From contig JAZNHR010000024.1 of assembly GCA_045577075.1 (NCBI GenBank), positions 10,169 to 42,168 on the forward strand: a stretch of DNA of 32,000 bases, in the 5' to 3' direction. Source of the DNA: Clostridia bacterium. GTDB lineage: Bacteria; Bacillota; Clostridia; UMGS1883; UMGS1540. How positions within the stretch are numbered: position 1 is the first letter of the stretch; every line of letters begins with the position of its first letter. The notes under the pieces were generated by a model. The model searched no databases. It saw only the letters and a list, made by a program, of their open reading frames with translations, and was not told the origin of the DNA. The translations under genes were made by a program, and so were the position numbers. Below, in pieces: positions 17,618 to 25,141 of this stretch.

Positions 17618-18547
17618 TCACCTCTTTTCTGCAATTCTTAATTTAGCACTCCGTGCTCTCGGATTTTCTTCCAGTTCTGCCTGGCTAGGCAAAATGGGCT
17701 TTTTGGTAATGATGCGCAGCGTCGGTTTTTTACCGCAGACGCACACCGGATATTCCTTCGGGCACGTACAGCCTACCGCCCCTTGTAAAAATGCGTTTTT
17801 TACGATGCGGTCCTCAAGGGAATGGAAAGTAATAATGGAAATCCGCCCCCCGGGGGAAAGCACATCCACTGCATCCTCCAGCACCGAGGAAAGCACGTCC
17901 AGTTCCTGGTTTACCGCAATGCGGATTGCCTGAAACGTCCGTTTTGCAGGATGGGGGCCGTCCCGTCTTGCGCCTTTCGGCACGGCGGCCTTGATAATGC
18001 TGACAAGCTCTCCTGTCGTTTCTATTGGATTTTCTTTTCTCGCCTCGACAATGAACTGTGCAATTCTTTTCGCCCACCGTTCCTCGCCGTAGCTTGCGAT
18101 AATCTCTCGCAAATCGTTTTCGCTGTACGTACGAATCAGCTCTTTCGCCGAAAACGCCGCTTCTCTGTCCATACGCATATCAAGGGGCGCATCCTGCATA
18201 TACGAAAATCCGCGTTCTGCTTCGTCAAGCTGCGGGGATGAAACACCGAGGTCTGCCAAAATGCCATCTACCGTTTCCACACCCATCGCAGAAAGTACGC
18301 TTTTTATCTGTTGAAAATTACTTTTTACCGGTGTAAATGCCGCGCCGAAGGGGCGCAGTCTCTCGCTTGCGGCTGAAAGTGCCGCGCTGTCCTGGTCAAT
18401 GCCGATGACTCTGCCGCCACGGCGCAGAATTTCTTCGCTATGGCCGCCACCGCCTAAGGTCATGTCCACATACAGCCCGTCTTTTCGGACACACAGCCCG
18501 TCCACCGTTTCCGTTTTCAGTACCGTAGTATGTGCAAATTCCGTCAT
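17618..18547 (-). CDS. rsmH: 16S rRNA (cytosine1402-N4)-methyltransferase RsmH (MraW)
   Basis: HTTVL..., SAM-binding [10 protein letters not shown] and GIDQD. ATGA overlap with the mraZ stop at 18544-18547. Confidence 0.95.
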   Translation of the reverse strand: MTEFAHTTVLKTETVDGLCVRKDGLYVDMTLGGGGHSEEILRRGGRVIGIDQDSAALSAASERLRPFGAAFTPVKSNFQQIKSVLSAMGVETVDGILADLGVSSPQLDEAERGFSYMQDAPLDMRMDREAAFSAKELIRTYSENDLREIIASYGEERWAKRIAQFIVEARKENPIETTGELVSIIKAAVPKGARRDGPHPAKRTFQAIRIAVNQELDVLSSVLEDAVDVLSPGGRISIITFHSLEDRIVKNAFLQGAVGCTCPKEYPVCVCGKKPTLRIITKKPILPSQAELEENPRARSAKLRIAEKR

Positions 18548-18978
18548 ACACCCATCCCCGAAAGCCTTGCGGCCGCTTCCTCGAGGCTCATAGCGTCATC
18601 GTCATGATTGTATTTCTCCCAAGCCGCGCTGTCCCAAATTTCCACTTTGGCAATTGCGCCGATAATCATAACTTCTTTTTCGATGCCGGCGTGCTCTCTT
18701 AAATGTGCAGGCAATAAAATTCTGCCCTGCTTGTCCGTTTCACAAGTAACTGCACCGGAAGAAAACATACGCAGAAGACGACGTGCATCTGCATTATGGG
18801 AGGGCATGCTCATAAGCTGTGCGGCAAATTTTTCCCATTCCTCCTCGGAATACACGGAAAGACAGCCTTCATAGCCTTTTGTAACCACAAAGGTTTCGCC
18901 AAGCTGTTCACGGAAGCGTGAGGGCATAATGACACGGCCCTTCGCGTCCAGATTATGACAATATTGACCGATATACAT
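18544..18978 (-). CDS. mraZ: Transcriptional regulator MraZ
   Basis: Two MraZ/SpoVT-AbrB repeats ([15 protein letters not shown] and [14 protein letters not shown]). Start is ATG 18978, preceded by GGAGGTGA. ORF-track 19014 adds 12 unsupported codons. Confidence 0.93.
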   Translation of the reverse strand: MYIGQYCHNLDAKGRVIMPSRFREQLGETFVVTKGYEGCLSVYSEEEWEKFAAQLMSMPSHNADARRLLRMFSSGAVTCETDKQGRILLPAHLREHAGIEKEVMIIGAIAKVEIWDSAAWEKYNHDDDAMSLEEAAARLSGMGV

Positions 18979-18990
18979 GCTCTCACCTCC

Positions 18991-19024
18991 CCACTTTGTT
19001 GCACAAAGTTGCACTTTTTACCAC
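18991..19024 (-). promoter_or_regulatory. Array of four phased GTGG/GTGC boxes; candidate MraZ operator in the dcw leader
   Basis: The minus strand reads GTGGtaaaaaGTGCaactttGTGCaacaaaGTGGGgagg. On the plus strand the box starts are at 19021, 19011, 19001 and 18991, exactly 10 bp apart. The array lies between the -10 box and the mraZ SD. Confidence 0.6.
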
Positions 19025-19032
19025 TTACTGAA

Positions 19033-19061
19033 ATTTTACACGATTTTTAAAGGAATTTCAA
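19033..19061 (-). promoter_or_regulatory. Sigma-A-type promoter of the dcw operon (Pmra)
   Basis: On the minus strand: TTGAAA (19061-19056), 17 nt, TAAAAT (19038-19033), embedded in an A/T-tract-rich region. Confidence 0.55.
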
Positions 19062-19181
19062 TACTTTTTTAAAAAAAATTTATTTTTTCTTTTCTTTTTT
19101 TTTACAAGAAAAACCCACCAACTAAATATGTACATTTTTAACTTTTTGTAACAATATGTAGTATTTTCGGAAAAAATTTTT

Positions 19182-19210
19182 TTGAAAAAAATTTTTCCGC
19201 AGGGCATAAT
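19182..19210 (+). promoter_or_regulatory. Sigma-A-type promoter for the htrA-like gene
   Basis: TTGAAA (19182-19187), 17 nt, CATAAT (19205-19210). The ORF-track start TTG 19182 is the first triplet of this -35 box. Confidence 0.45.
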
Positions 19211-19256
19211 TTTTTTCGTTTTCGATATACTAAACCAAAAGAAAGGATGGGTTTTC

Positions 19257-20309
19257 TTGAAAAAACTGTTTTCTATACTCCTGACGGCACTCTTATCCGC
19301 GCTCATTGCCTTTTTTGTCTCCGTCGTCATGCTGGACAAGGCCGCCCCTAAAGAAGGGGACCCCTCCTCTATTGTTGCAGAGGCGGAGGATGCGGCACTC
19401 CCGAGCGTTGCGGAAAAGCTAACCGATTCGGTGGTGGGGGTTTCTTCTGCCCCACAAAGCCACAGTTTTTCCTCCCCTTCCTCCACACAAAGCATGGGAA
19501 GCGGCGTGGCAGTAAGCCGGGACGGGTATATCCTCACAAACCACCACGTGGTAGGGGATAAATCAAAAATTTTTGTAACCCTTCAGGACGGGCAGACGAA
19601 GGAAGCAAAGAAGGTGTGGAGTGACGCCGCCCTTGACATCGCCATTATCAAAACTGAGGGCGAAGAGTTTTCCCCTGCGTCCTTGGGAGATTCGGAATCT
19701 CTCGCAGTGGGTGAAACGGTGCTCGCCATCGGGAATCCTTTGAGCCTGCAATTTCAGCGCACCGTCACGGCAGGGATTGTCAGCGCCAAAAACCGTATGC
19801 TCTATATGGCGGACACGGGAACTCTTATGGAAGACCTGATTCAAACGGACGCTTCCATAAATCCCGGCAACAGCGGCGGACCCCTTGTCAATCTCCAGGG
19901 CGAGGTTGTGGGGATTAACACGGTAAAGGCACGGGATGCGGAAGGCATGGGCTTTGCCATTGCCATCAATCTCTGTCGCCCCATTGTAGACCGCATTTTA
20001 GAAGAAGGAAAATACGAAATGCCGTATCTCGGGCTTTACGCCTACGACAAGGAAACGGCAATGTATATGGGGGCAGAAGCGCCGGAGGAAGGGCTTTATA
20101 TCAGCGCCGTCGAGCCGGGTAGCCCTGCAAAAGCGGCAGGTCTTACGCGCGGGGACGTCATTATTGCCATGGAAGACAGGCCCCTTTCTCGTATGGCACT
20201 TCTTCGGGAACAGCTTTTATCCAGACGCGTGGGCGATACGGTAAAGCTGGAGATAAACCGCGGCGGCACGCGCTTTACAGCTACCGTCACGCTCCAAAAA
20301 CAGCCTTGA
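19257..20309 (+). CDS. htrA: HtrA/DegP-family membrane-anchored serine protease (trypsin-like S1C domain plus PDZ)
   Basis: N-terminal TM (LFSILLTALLSALIAFFVSVV). Catalytic contexts are TNHHVV (His), DIAIIK (Asp) and GNSGGPL (Ser). C-terminal PDZ (GLYISAVEPGSPAAKAGLTRGDVII). Start is TTG 19257, with AAAGGA 9 nt upstream. Confidence 0.88.
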   Translation: MKKLFSILLTALLSALIAFFVSVVMLDKAAPKEGDPSSIVAEAEDAALPSVAEKLTDSVVGVSSAPQSHSFSSPSSTQSMGSGVAVSRDGYILTNHHVVGDKSKIFVTLQDGQTKEAKKVWSDAALDIAIIKTEGEEFSPASLGDSESLAVGETVLAIGNPLSLQFQRTVTAGIVSAKNRMLYMADTGTLMEDLIQTDASINPGNSGGPLVNLQGEVVGINTVKARDAEGMGFAIAINLCRPIVDRILEEGKYEMPYLGLYAYDKETAMYMGAEAPEEGLYISAVEPGSPAKAAGLTRGDVIIAMEDRPLSRMALLREQLLSRRVGDTVKLEINRGGTRFTATVTLQKQP

Positions 20310-20322
20310 TTTTCCTAAAGCG

Positions 20323-20357
20323 GCCAGAAGCCTTACAGCTTTTGGCTTTTTCTTTTT
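20323..20357 (+). terminator. Rho-independent terminator after htrA
   Basis: Stem GCCAGAAGC (20323-20331) / GCTTTTGGC (20338-20346) with one G-U pair, then TTTTTCTTTTT. Confidence 0.65.
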
Positions 20358-20365
20358 ATTCCGCC

Positions 20366-20394
20366 TTGACAACTCTTTCCAATTTATGTATAAT
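20366..20394 (+). promoter_or_regulatory. Consensus sigma-A promoter for alaS
   Basis: TTGACA (20366-20371), 17 nt, TATAAT (20389-20394). Both hexamers match consensus perfectly. Confidence 0.7.
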
Positions 20395-20427
20395 ATAAGG
20401 AAAGTTTAAAAATAAGGAATGATTGAC

Positions 20428-23067
20428 GTGAAAAAATTAGGTTTAAATGAAATTCGCGAGAAATATTTGCGTTTTTACGAATCCAAGGCGCATCTCCGTC
20501 TGCCCAGCTTTTCGCTGGTGCCGCAAAACGATGCTTCCCTTCTTTTAATTAACGCCGGCATGGCACCCTTAAAGCCCTACTTTACGGGCAAGGAAGTGCC
20601 GCCTTCCAAGCGCGTTACCACCTGCCAGAAGTGCATCCGCACACCGGATATTGAGCGCGTGGGCAAAACGGCACGTCACGGCACCTTCTTTGAAATGCTC
20701 GGTAACTTCTCCTTTGGGGATTACTTTAAGCGGGAAGCCATTTCCTGGGCATGGGAATTTGTAACGGAAGTTATGGAAATGCCTGTGGACAAGCTTTGGG
20801 TCACGGTGTATCTTGACGATGATGAAGCCTTTGACATTTGGACGAAGGAAATCGGCGTTTCGCCCGACCATGTAGTGCGTATGGGCAAAGAAGATAACTT
20901 CTGGGAAATCGGCACAGGCCCCTGCGGCCCCTGCTCGGAAATTTACTTTGACCGTGGCGAAGCAGCAGGCTGCGGAAGCCCGGATTGCAAGCTCGGCTGT
21001 GACTGCGACCGCTTTGTAGAATTCTGGAATCTGGTATTTACCCAGTTTGACAAGGATGAGGACGGCAACTATAACCGCCTTGCCCACCCGAATATTGACA
21101 CAGGGATGGGGCTTGAACGTCTTGCCGCCATTATGCAGGGCGTAAATAACCTCTTTGAAGTAGATACCGTTCGCAATATTATGCTCGCGATCAGCGACGT
21201 TGCAGGCGTAAAATACGGAGAAAACGAAAAGTCGGACGTTTCTCTGCGTGTAATTACCGACCATATCCGTTCCACCACCTTTATGATTAGCGACTCCATT
21301 GTACCTTCCAACGAAGGCCGCGGCTACGTGGTGCGCCGGCTCCTTCGCCGCGCCGCACGGCACGGCAAGCTTCTCGGCATTAAAAAACCGTTCCTCTATG
21401 AAATTGCAGAAACGGTAATTCGGGAATCCTGTGAGGCATATCCGGCGCTCAAAGAAAAACACGACTTTATTTGCAAGATTATCCGCCGCGAAGAAGAACA
21501 GTTTGATAACACCATTGATCAGGGCCTGTCTATTTTGAATGGACATATTGAAGAACTTACGGCAAAAGGTGAAACTGTGCTCTCGGGCGAGAAAACCTTT
21601 AAGCTCTATGACACCTTCGGCTTCCCCATTGACTTGACCATCGAAATCCTTGCAGAAAAAGGACTTTCTGTGGACGAGGAAGGCTTTAAGGCAGAAATGG
21701 AACAGCAGAAAACCCGCGCCCGTGATGCAAGAAAAGAGGGCGAGGGCGCAGGCTGGAGTGAGGATGTTTATACAAAGCTTGATAAAAGCATCAAAACAGA
21801 ATTTGTGGGCTATGACGAAACCGAAGTGGCAGGCAAGGTTTTGGCACTGATTGCAGACGGTGCCGTATGCGATGCCATCGGCGAAGGGGAATCCGGCGCG
21901 GTAATCCTTGACAAAACCGTTATTTACGGCGAAAGCGGCGGTCAGGTTGGGGACCGCGGTCGCCTTGCAAATGAAAATGCAACGGCAATTGTAAAAGATG
22001 CAAAGAAACTGCCTGACGGCAAAATCGTTCATTTTGTGCAGATGGAAAAAGGTGCGTTAAGCGTTGGCGACACGGTAAAAAGTGCATATTGTGTTTCCTC
22101 TCGCCGCGCCACCATGCAAAACCACAGCGCCACCCACCTTCTCCAAAAAGCACTCCGTGAGGTTGTGGGCGACCATGTAAGCCAGGCAGGCTCCTATGTA
22201 AATCCCCAGCGGCTCCGCTTTGACTTTAATCACTTTGAGGCCGTGACCCCTGCCCAGCTCAAAGAAGTAGAAAAGAAGGTAAACGAAGCAATTTTTGCAG
22301 CACTCCCCGTTGAAAAGCGTGAAATGCCCCAGGATGAAGCGAAAAAGATGGGCGCCATGGCACTGTTCGGCGAAAAATACGGTGACATTGTCCGCGTTGT
22401 GAAGATGGGCGACTATAGCATCGAGCTTTGCGGCGGCTGCCACGTAAATAACACAAGCGAAATCGGGCTTTTTAAACTCGTTTCAGAAAGCTCGGTGGCG
22501 GCAGGTGTTCGCCGTATCGAAGGGATTACGGGCATGGAAGTGCTTGCCCTTTTAGAAGAAAAGGAAGCTGTGATAAACGAAACGGCACAGGCTCTTAAGA
22601 CAAGCCCCGGCGACATTGTAGGAAAAGCGGCGGCGGCTATAGAAGAAGTAAAGAATTTGCAGAAAGCACTCGAGGACGTAAAGCTTAAGAATGCAAGCGG
22701 TCAGATTGACGCCCTTTTGGCAGACAGTCAGGCTGTTGATGGCATCCGCGTGGTCACAGGTAAGTTTGACGGACTGGGTGCTGACGAAATGCGTGCCATC
22801 GGTGATAAGGTGAAGGATAAGCTCGGCAGCGGTGTCCTCGTTCTCGCAGGCAGGGAAGGCGAAAAGCTTACATTTATCGCTATGGCAACAAAGGATGCAG
22901 TCGCACGCGGCGTACACGCCGGAAATCTTGTCCGCGAGGTCGCAAAGGTCGCAGGCGGTGGCGGTGGCGGCAAGCCCGACAGCGCACAGGCAGGCGGCAA
23001 AATGCCGGAAAAAGCGGACGATGCCCTTTCTATTGTCGCCGACACCGTAAAGGGACAGCTTAAATAA
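20428..23067 (+). CDS. alaS: Alanine--tRNA ligase
   Basis: Class II core FFEMLGNFSFGDYFK, editing-domain HSATHLLQ and CGGCH, and C-terminal DHHA1 GGGGGK. Start is GTG 20428, 9 nt after AAGGA (20414-20418). The ATG at 20419 sits too close to the SD. Confidence 0.95.
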   Translation: MKKLGLNEIREKYLRFYESKAHLRLPSFSLVPQNDASLLLINAGMAPLKPYFTGKEVPPSKRVTTCQKCIRTPDIERVGKTARHGTFFEMLGNFSFGDYFKREAISWAWEFVTEVMEMPVDKLWVTVYLDDDEAFDIWTKEIGVSPDHVVRMGKEDNFWEIGTGPCGPCSEIYFDRGEAAGCGSPDCKLGCDCDRFVEFWNLVFTQFDKDEDGNYNRLAHPNIDTGMGLERLAAIMQGVNNLFEVDTVRNIMLAISDVAGVKYGENEKSDVSLRVITDHIRSTTFMISDSIVPSNEGRGYVVRRLLRRAARHGKLLGIKKPFLYEIAETVIRESCEAYPALKEKHDFICKIIRREEEQFDNTIDQGLSILNGHIEELTAKGETVLSGEKTFKLYDTFGFPIDLTIEILAEKGLSVDEEGFKAEMEQQKTRARDARKEGEGAGWSEDVYTKLDKSIKTEFVGYDETEVAGKVLALIADGAVCDAIGEGESGAVILDKTVIYGESGGQVGDRGRLANENATAIVKDAKKLPDGKIVHFVQMEKGALSVGDTVKSAYCVSSRRATMQNHSATHLLQKALREVVGDHVSQAGSYVNPQRLRFDFNHFEAVTPAQLKEVEKKVNEAIFAALPVEKREMPQDEAKKMGAMALFGEKYGDIVRVVKMGDYSIELCGGCHVNNTSEIGLFKLVSESSVAAGVRRIEGITGMEVLALLEEKEAVINETAQALKTSPGDIVGKAAAAIEEVKNLQKALEDVKLKNASGQIDALLADSQAVDGIRVVTGKFDGLGADEMRAIGDKVKDKLGSGVLVLAGREGEKLTFIAMATKDAVARGVHAGNLVREVAKVAGGGGGGKPDSAQAGGKMPEKADDALSIVADTVKGQLK

Positions 23068-23086
23068 GCGAAAGGAGAAACCTAGA

Positions 23087-23428
23087 ATGGATTGTCTTTT
23101 TTGCAAAATTATAAACGGGGAAATCCCTTCTAAAAAAGTGTATGAGGACGAGAAGGTCTATGCCTTTTATGACATTAGCCCTGCCGCCCCCGTGCACGTC
23201 CTGATTATCCCCAAAACACATATTCCTTCCGCCAATGCCCTGACGGCTGAAAACGCCGAAGTGGTCAGCCACATTTTTGTGGTGGCGGCAAAAATCGCCG
23301 CAGACCTTGGCATCGCGGATAAAGGCTACCGCATTGTAAATAACTGCGGTGAGGACGGTGGGCAAACTGTTCACCACCTCCACTTCCATCTCCTCGGCGG
23401 ACGGAGCCTCCAGTGGCCTCCCGGCTAA
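23087..23428 (+). CDS. HIT-family (histidine triad) nucleotide-binding protein
   Basis: CLFCKIINGEIPS N-terminus and the histidine triad HHLHFHLLGG. ATG 23087 is preceded by AAGGAG. Confidence 0.93.
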   Translation: MDCLFCKIINGEIPSKKVYEDEKVYAFYDISPAAPVHVLIIPKTHIPSANALTAENAEVVSHIFVVAAKIAADLGIADKGYRIVNNCGEDGGQTVHHLHFHLLGGRSLQWPPG

Positions 23429-23446
23429 AGCCGGGAACTATAACCG

Positions 23447-23494
23447 TTTCGAAGAAGCGGTTATACCATGCCCTTTGGCAAAGCCAAATCCATA
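23447..23494 (+). repeat. 48-nt direct repeat, copy 1 (upstream of the four-helix-bundle ORF)
   Basis: TTTCGAAGAAGCGGTTATACCATGCCCTTTGGCAAAGCCAAATCCATA. It matches 23953-24000 at 45 of 48 positions with no gaps and contains the hairpins AACCG/CGGTT and TTTGGC/GCCAAA. Confidence 0.9.
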
Positions 23495-23591
23495 GTTCTA
23501 AACTCTAAACTCGAAAACTTCGAAACGGGTTATGAGTTATGAATGCCTTGCATATTTAGAGTAGCTTCGCTACGTTTTTAAAGGGGAATCC

Positions 23592-23948
23592 ATGGCAGAG
23601 AGTATATTAAGAGACAAGTCAAAGGAATTTGCAAAACAAATTATCTTCCTTTGCCGCGAAATGAAAGAACAACATGTTGAATATGCGCTGACCAATCAGC
23701 TGCTGCGTTGCGGTACTTCCATTGGAGCGAATATACACGAAGCAAAATACGCGCAAGGGACAAAAGATTTTATTTCAAAGTTTGAGATCGCATTAAAAGA
23801 ATGTAATGAATGTGAATATTGGCTTACTCTTTTACATGAAACAGACAGCATTGATGAAAAAATCTTTTTATCATTGCAAAAGGAATGTATTACCCTTCGC
23901 AGAATGCTTGTTTCTTCGGTTACAACTTTAAAACGCAAAATAGATTGA
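23592..23948 (+). CDS. Four-helix-bundle protein (23S rRNA intervening-sequence protein / Avd-like family, TIGR02436 / PF05635 type)
   Basis: 118 aa with the family pattern LLRCGTSIGANIHEA ... KDFISKFEIALKECNECEYWLTLL. ATG 23592 is preceded by AAGGGG. The gene is markedly AT-rich relative to its neighbours. Confidence 0.8.
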   Translation: MAESILRDKSKEFAKQIIFLCREMKEQHVEYALTNQLLRCGTSIGANIHEAKYAQGTKDFISKFEIALKECNECEYWLTLLHETDSIDEKIFLSLQKECITLRRMLVSSVTTLKRKID

Positions 23949-23952
23949 GCGA

Positions 23953-24000
23953 TTTCGAAGAAGCGGTTATATCATACCATTTGGCAAAGCCAAATCCATA
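23953..24000 (+). repeat. 48-nt direct repeat, copy 2 (starts 5 nt after the four-helix-bundle stop codon)
   Basis: TTTCGAAGAAGCGGTTATATCATACCATTTGGCAAAGCCAAATCCATA. It has three substitutions relative to copy 1 (T/C, A/G, A/C). Confidence 0.9.
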
Positions 24001-24014
24001 ACACAAAAACCATA

Positions 24015-24048
24015 CAAAAAAGGCAATCGCATAGCGATTGCCTTTTTC
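24015..24048 (+). terminator. Rho-independent terminator closing the hit / four-helix-bundle transcription unit
   Basis: Stem GGCAATCGC (24022-24030) / GCGATTGCC (24034-24042), loop ATA, T-run 24043-24047, with an A-run upstream. Confidence 0.8.
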
Positions 24049-24075
24049 ATATTTCACCTTTCTTTCGCATACTGT
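24047..24075 (+). promoter_or_regulatory. Sigma-E-like (mother-cell sporulation) promoter upstream of cwlD
   Basis: TCATATT (24047-24053), 14 nt, CATACTGT (24068-24075). The Bacillus sigma-E consensus is kmATATT-N14-CATACA-T, and B. subtilis cwlD is known to have sigma-E and sigma-G promoters. Confidence 0.45.
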
Positions 24076-24091
24076 AAAGAGAGGTGGTTTT

Positions 24092-24796
24092 ATGCTTGTC
24101 ATTTTAAAAAGAGGCGGCATTTTGTTTTTGGCACTCCTTGTCATTATTTCTTTCCTTGTTTTTTCGCTGCGAAAGCCGGAAGCTGTCCAAACGGCGCAAG
24201 TGGCAGAGAACGTCATTCTCATTGATGCCGGTCACGGCACGCCGGACGGCGGTGCCGTGGGCGCAAAATCCGGCGTCCTTGAGAAGGACTTGAATCTTGC
24301 CATTTCTTCAAAGCTTGCGGAAAAGCTTCGGGCGGAAGGCGAAGAAGTCCAAGAAACAAGGGTAGCGGACGAGGGACTATACAAAAGCGATAACGCCTCC
24401 ATTCGGCAAAAAAAGCAGGAGGACATGAAAAAAAGAGTGTCCATGGCAAACAGCGAGGGCGTCTCCATGCTTGTCAGCATTCACATGAATCACTTTACGG
24501 ACGCAAAGTACAGTGGCCCCCAGATTTTTTATCAAAAAGGGAGTGAAGAAGGCAAACGCTTGGCAGAAGCAATCCGCCTTGCCATTTTAGAGGATATCGG
24601 CCCCCACTGCACGAGAGAGATAAAGCCCACGGGAGACCTATATCTTCTGCGCCAAACGAAGGTACCGGCCGTGATTGTGGAATGCGGATTTTTGTCAAAT
24701 GCAGAAGAAGAAGCCCTTTTAAATGACGAAGCATACCGAGACAAAATGGCTGCCGCTATTTGCAAAGGAATTCTAAATTTTAAAAAGCAGGCATAA
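24092..24796 (+). CDS. cwlD: N-acetylmuramoyl-L-alanine amidase, CwlD type (spore cortex muramic-lactam formation)
   Basis: N-terminal TM, then Amidase_3 motifs IDAGHGTPDGGA, SIHMN and ECGFLSN. The size and single-domain architecture fit CwlD. ATG 24092 is preceded by GAGAGGTGG. Confidence 0.85.
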   Translation: MLVILKRGGILFLALLVIISFLVFSLRKPEAVQTAQVAENVILIDAGHGTPDGGAVGAKSGVLEKDLNLAISSKLAEKLRAEGEEVQETRVADEGLYKSDNASIRQKKQEDMKKRVSMANSEGVSMLVSIHMNHFTDAKYSGPQIFYQKGSEEGKRLAEAIRLAILEDIGPHCTREIKPTGDLYLLRQTKVPAVIVECGFLSNAEEEALLNDEAYRDKMAAAICKGILNFKKQA

Positions 24797-24843
24797 AACA
24801 GCCCGCTTTTGCCTATACTTGTCCATAAAGGGAGGTTTTGGAA

Positions 24844-25089
24844 ATGGAAACAAACTTTTCACAAATTGCCGGCGTTTTTACGCGGCTGAAACAGGAAAAA
24901 CCCGAGAAACCGCAAGATCGGGAACTGTATAAACTGATTCAGGAAACGCAGGAGGAGCTTGCCCGGTGCCGCCAAAATCTAATGTTTGCCGATTCCCAGG
25001 CGCTTACCGATATGTACATCTATTCCATAAAGGCGCACGAACTCAGATACGCCCATCTTCTGCGTCTTGCCAAGGCGGACGCAGTATGA
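24844..25089 (+). CDS. DUF2508 / YaaL-like small protein
   Basis: 81 aa with the pattern ELYKLIQETQEELARCRQNL ... SIKAHELRYAHLLRLAK, which resembles B. subtilis YaaL. ATG 24844 lies 8 nt after GGAGG (24831-24835). The ORF-track TTG 24838 is too close to the SD. Confidence 0.65.
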   Translation: METNFSQIAGVFTRLKQEKPEKPQDRELYKLIQETQEELARCRQNLMFADSQALTDMYIYSIKAHELRYAHLLRLAKADAV

Positions 25090-25141
25090 ACAGGGGCTGT
25101 ACAAAAAGTCCGGATCGCAAGAGGCAAATTTTTGACGAGAA

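Noticed and set aside
20395-20427. Possible T-box leader upstream of alaS
   Set aside because: The distance from the -10 box to the start codon is only about 35 nt, far too short for a T-box riboswitch. No specifier or antiterminator elements are seen.
20569-22032. 487-aa ORF on the minus strand, entirely antisense to alaS
   Set aside because: - Its composition (rich in F, C, N, K, with low complexity) is typical of a shadow frame opposite a strongly biased gene.
- It has no RBS and no recognisable motif.
- alaS on the plus strand carries unambiguous AlaRS motifs across the same interval.
23435-23498. tRNA-like fold (7-bp closing stem GAACTAT/ATAGTTC)
   Set aside because: - It is only 64 nt with two internal hairpins.
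- It has no D/T-loop conserved bases, no anticodon-arm geometry and no CCA or discriminator context.
23447-24000. Diversity-generating retroelement (Avd-like ORF with DR2 as template repeat and DR1 as variable repeat)
   Set aside because: - No reverse transcriptase gene is present.
- DR1 lies outside any coding region, starting 19 nt after the hit stop.
- Only 3 mismatches exist, and just 2 fall at adenines of the putative TR. That is not distinguishable from chance, since about one third of the repeat is A.
23447-24000. Integron-like gene cassette with attC sites
   Set aside because: - The repeats lack RYYYAAC / GTTRRRY core sites in the proper arrangement.
- No integrase or further cassettes are nearby.
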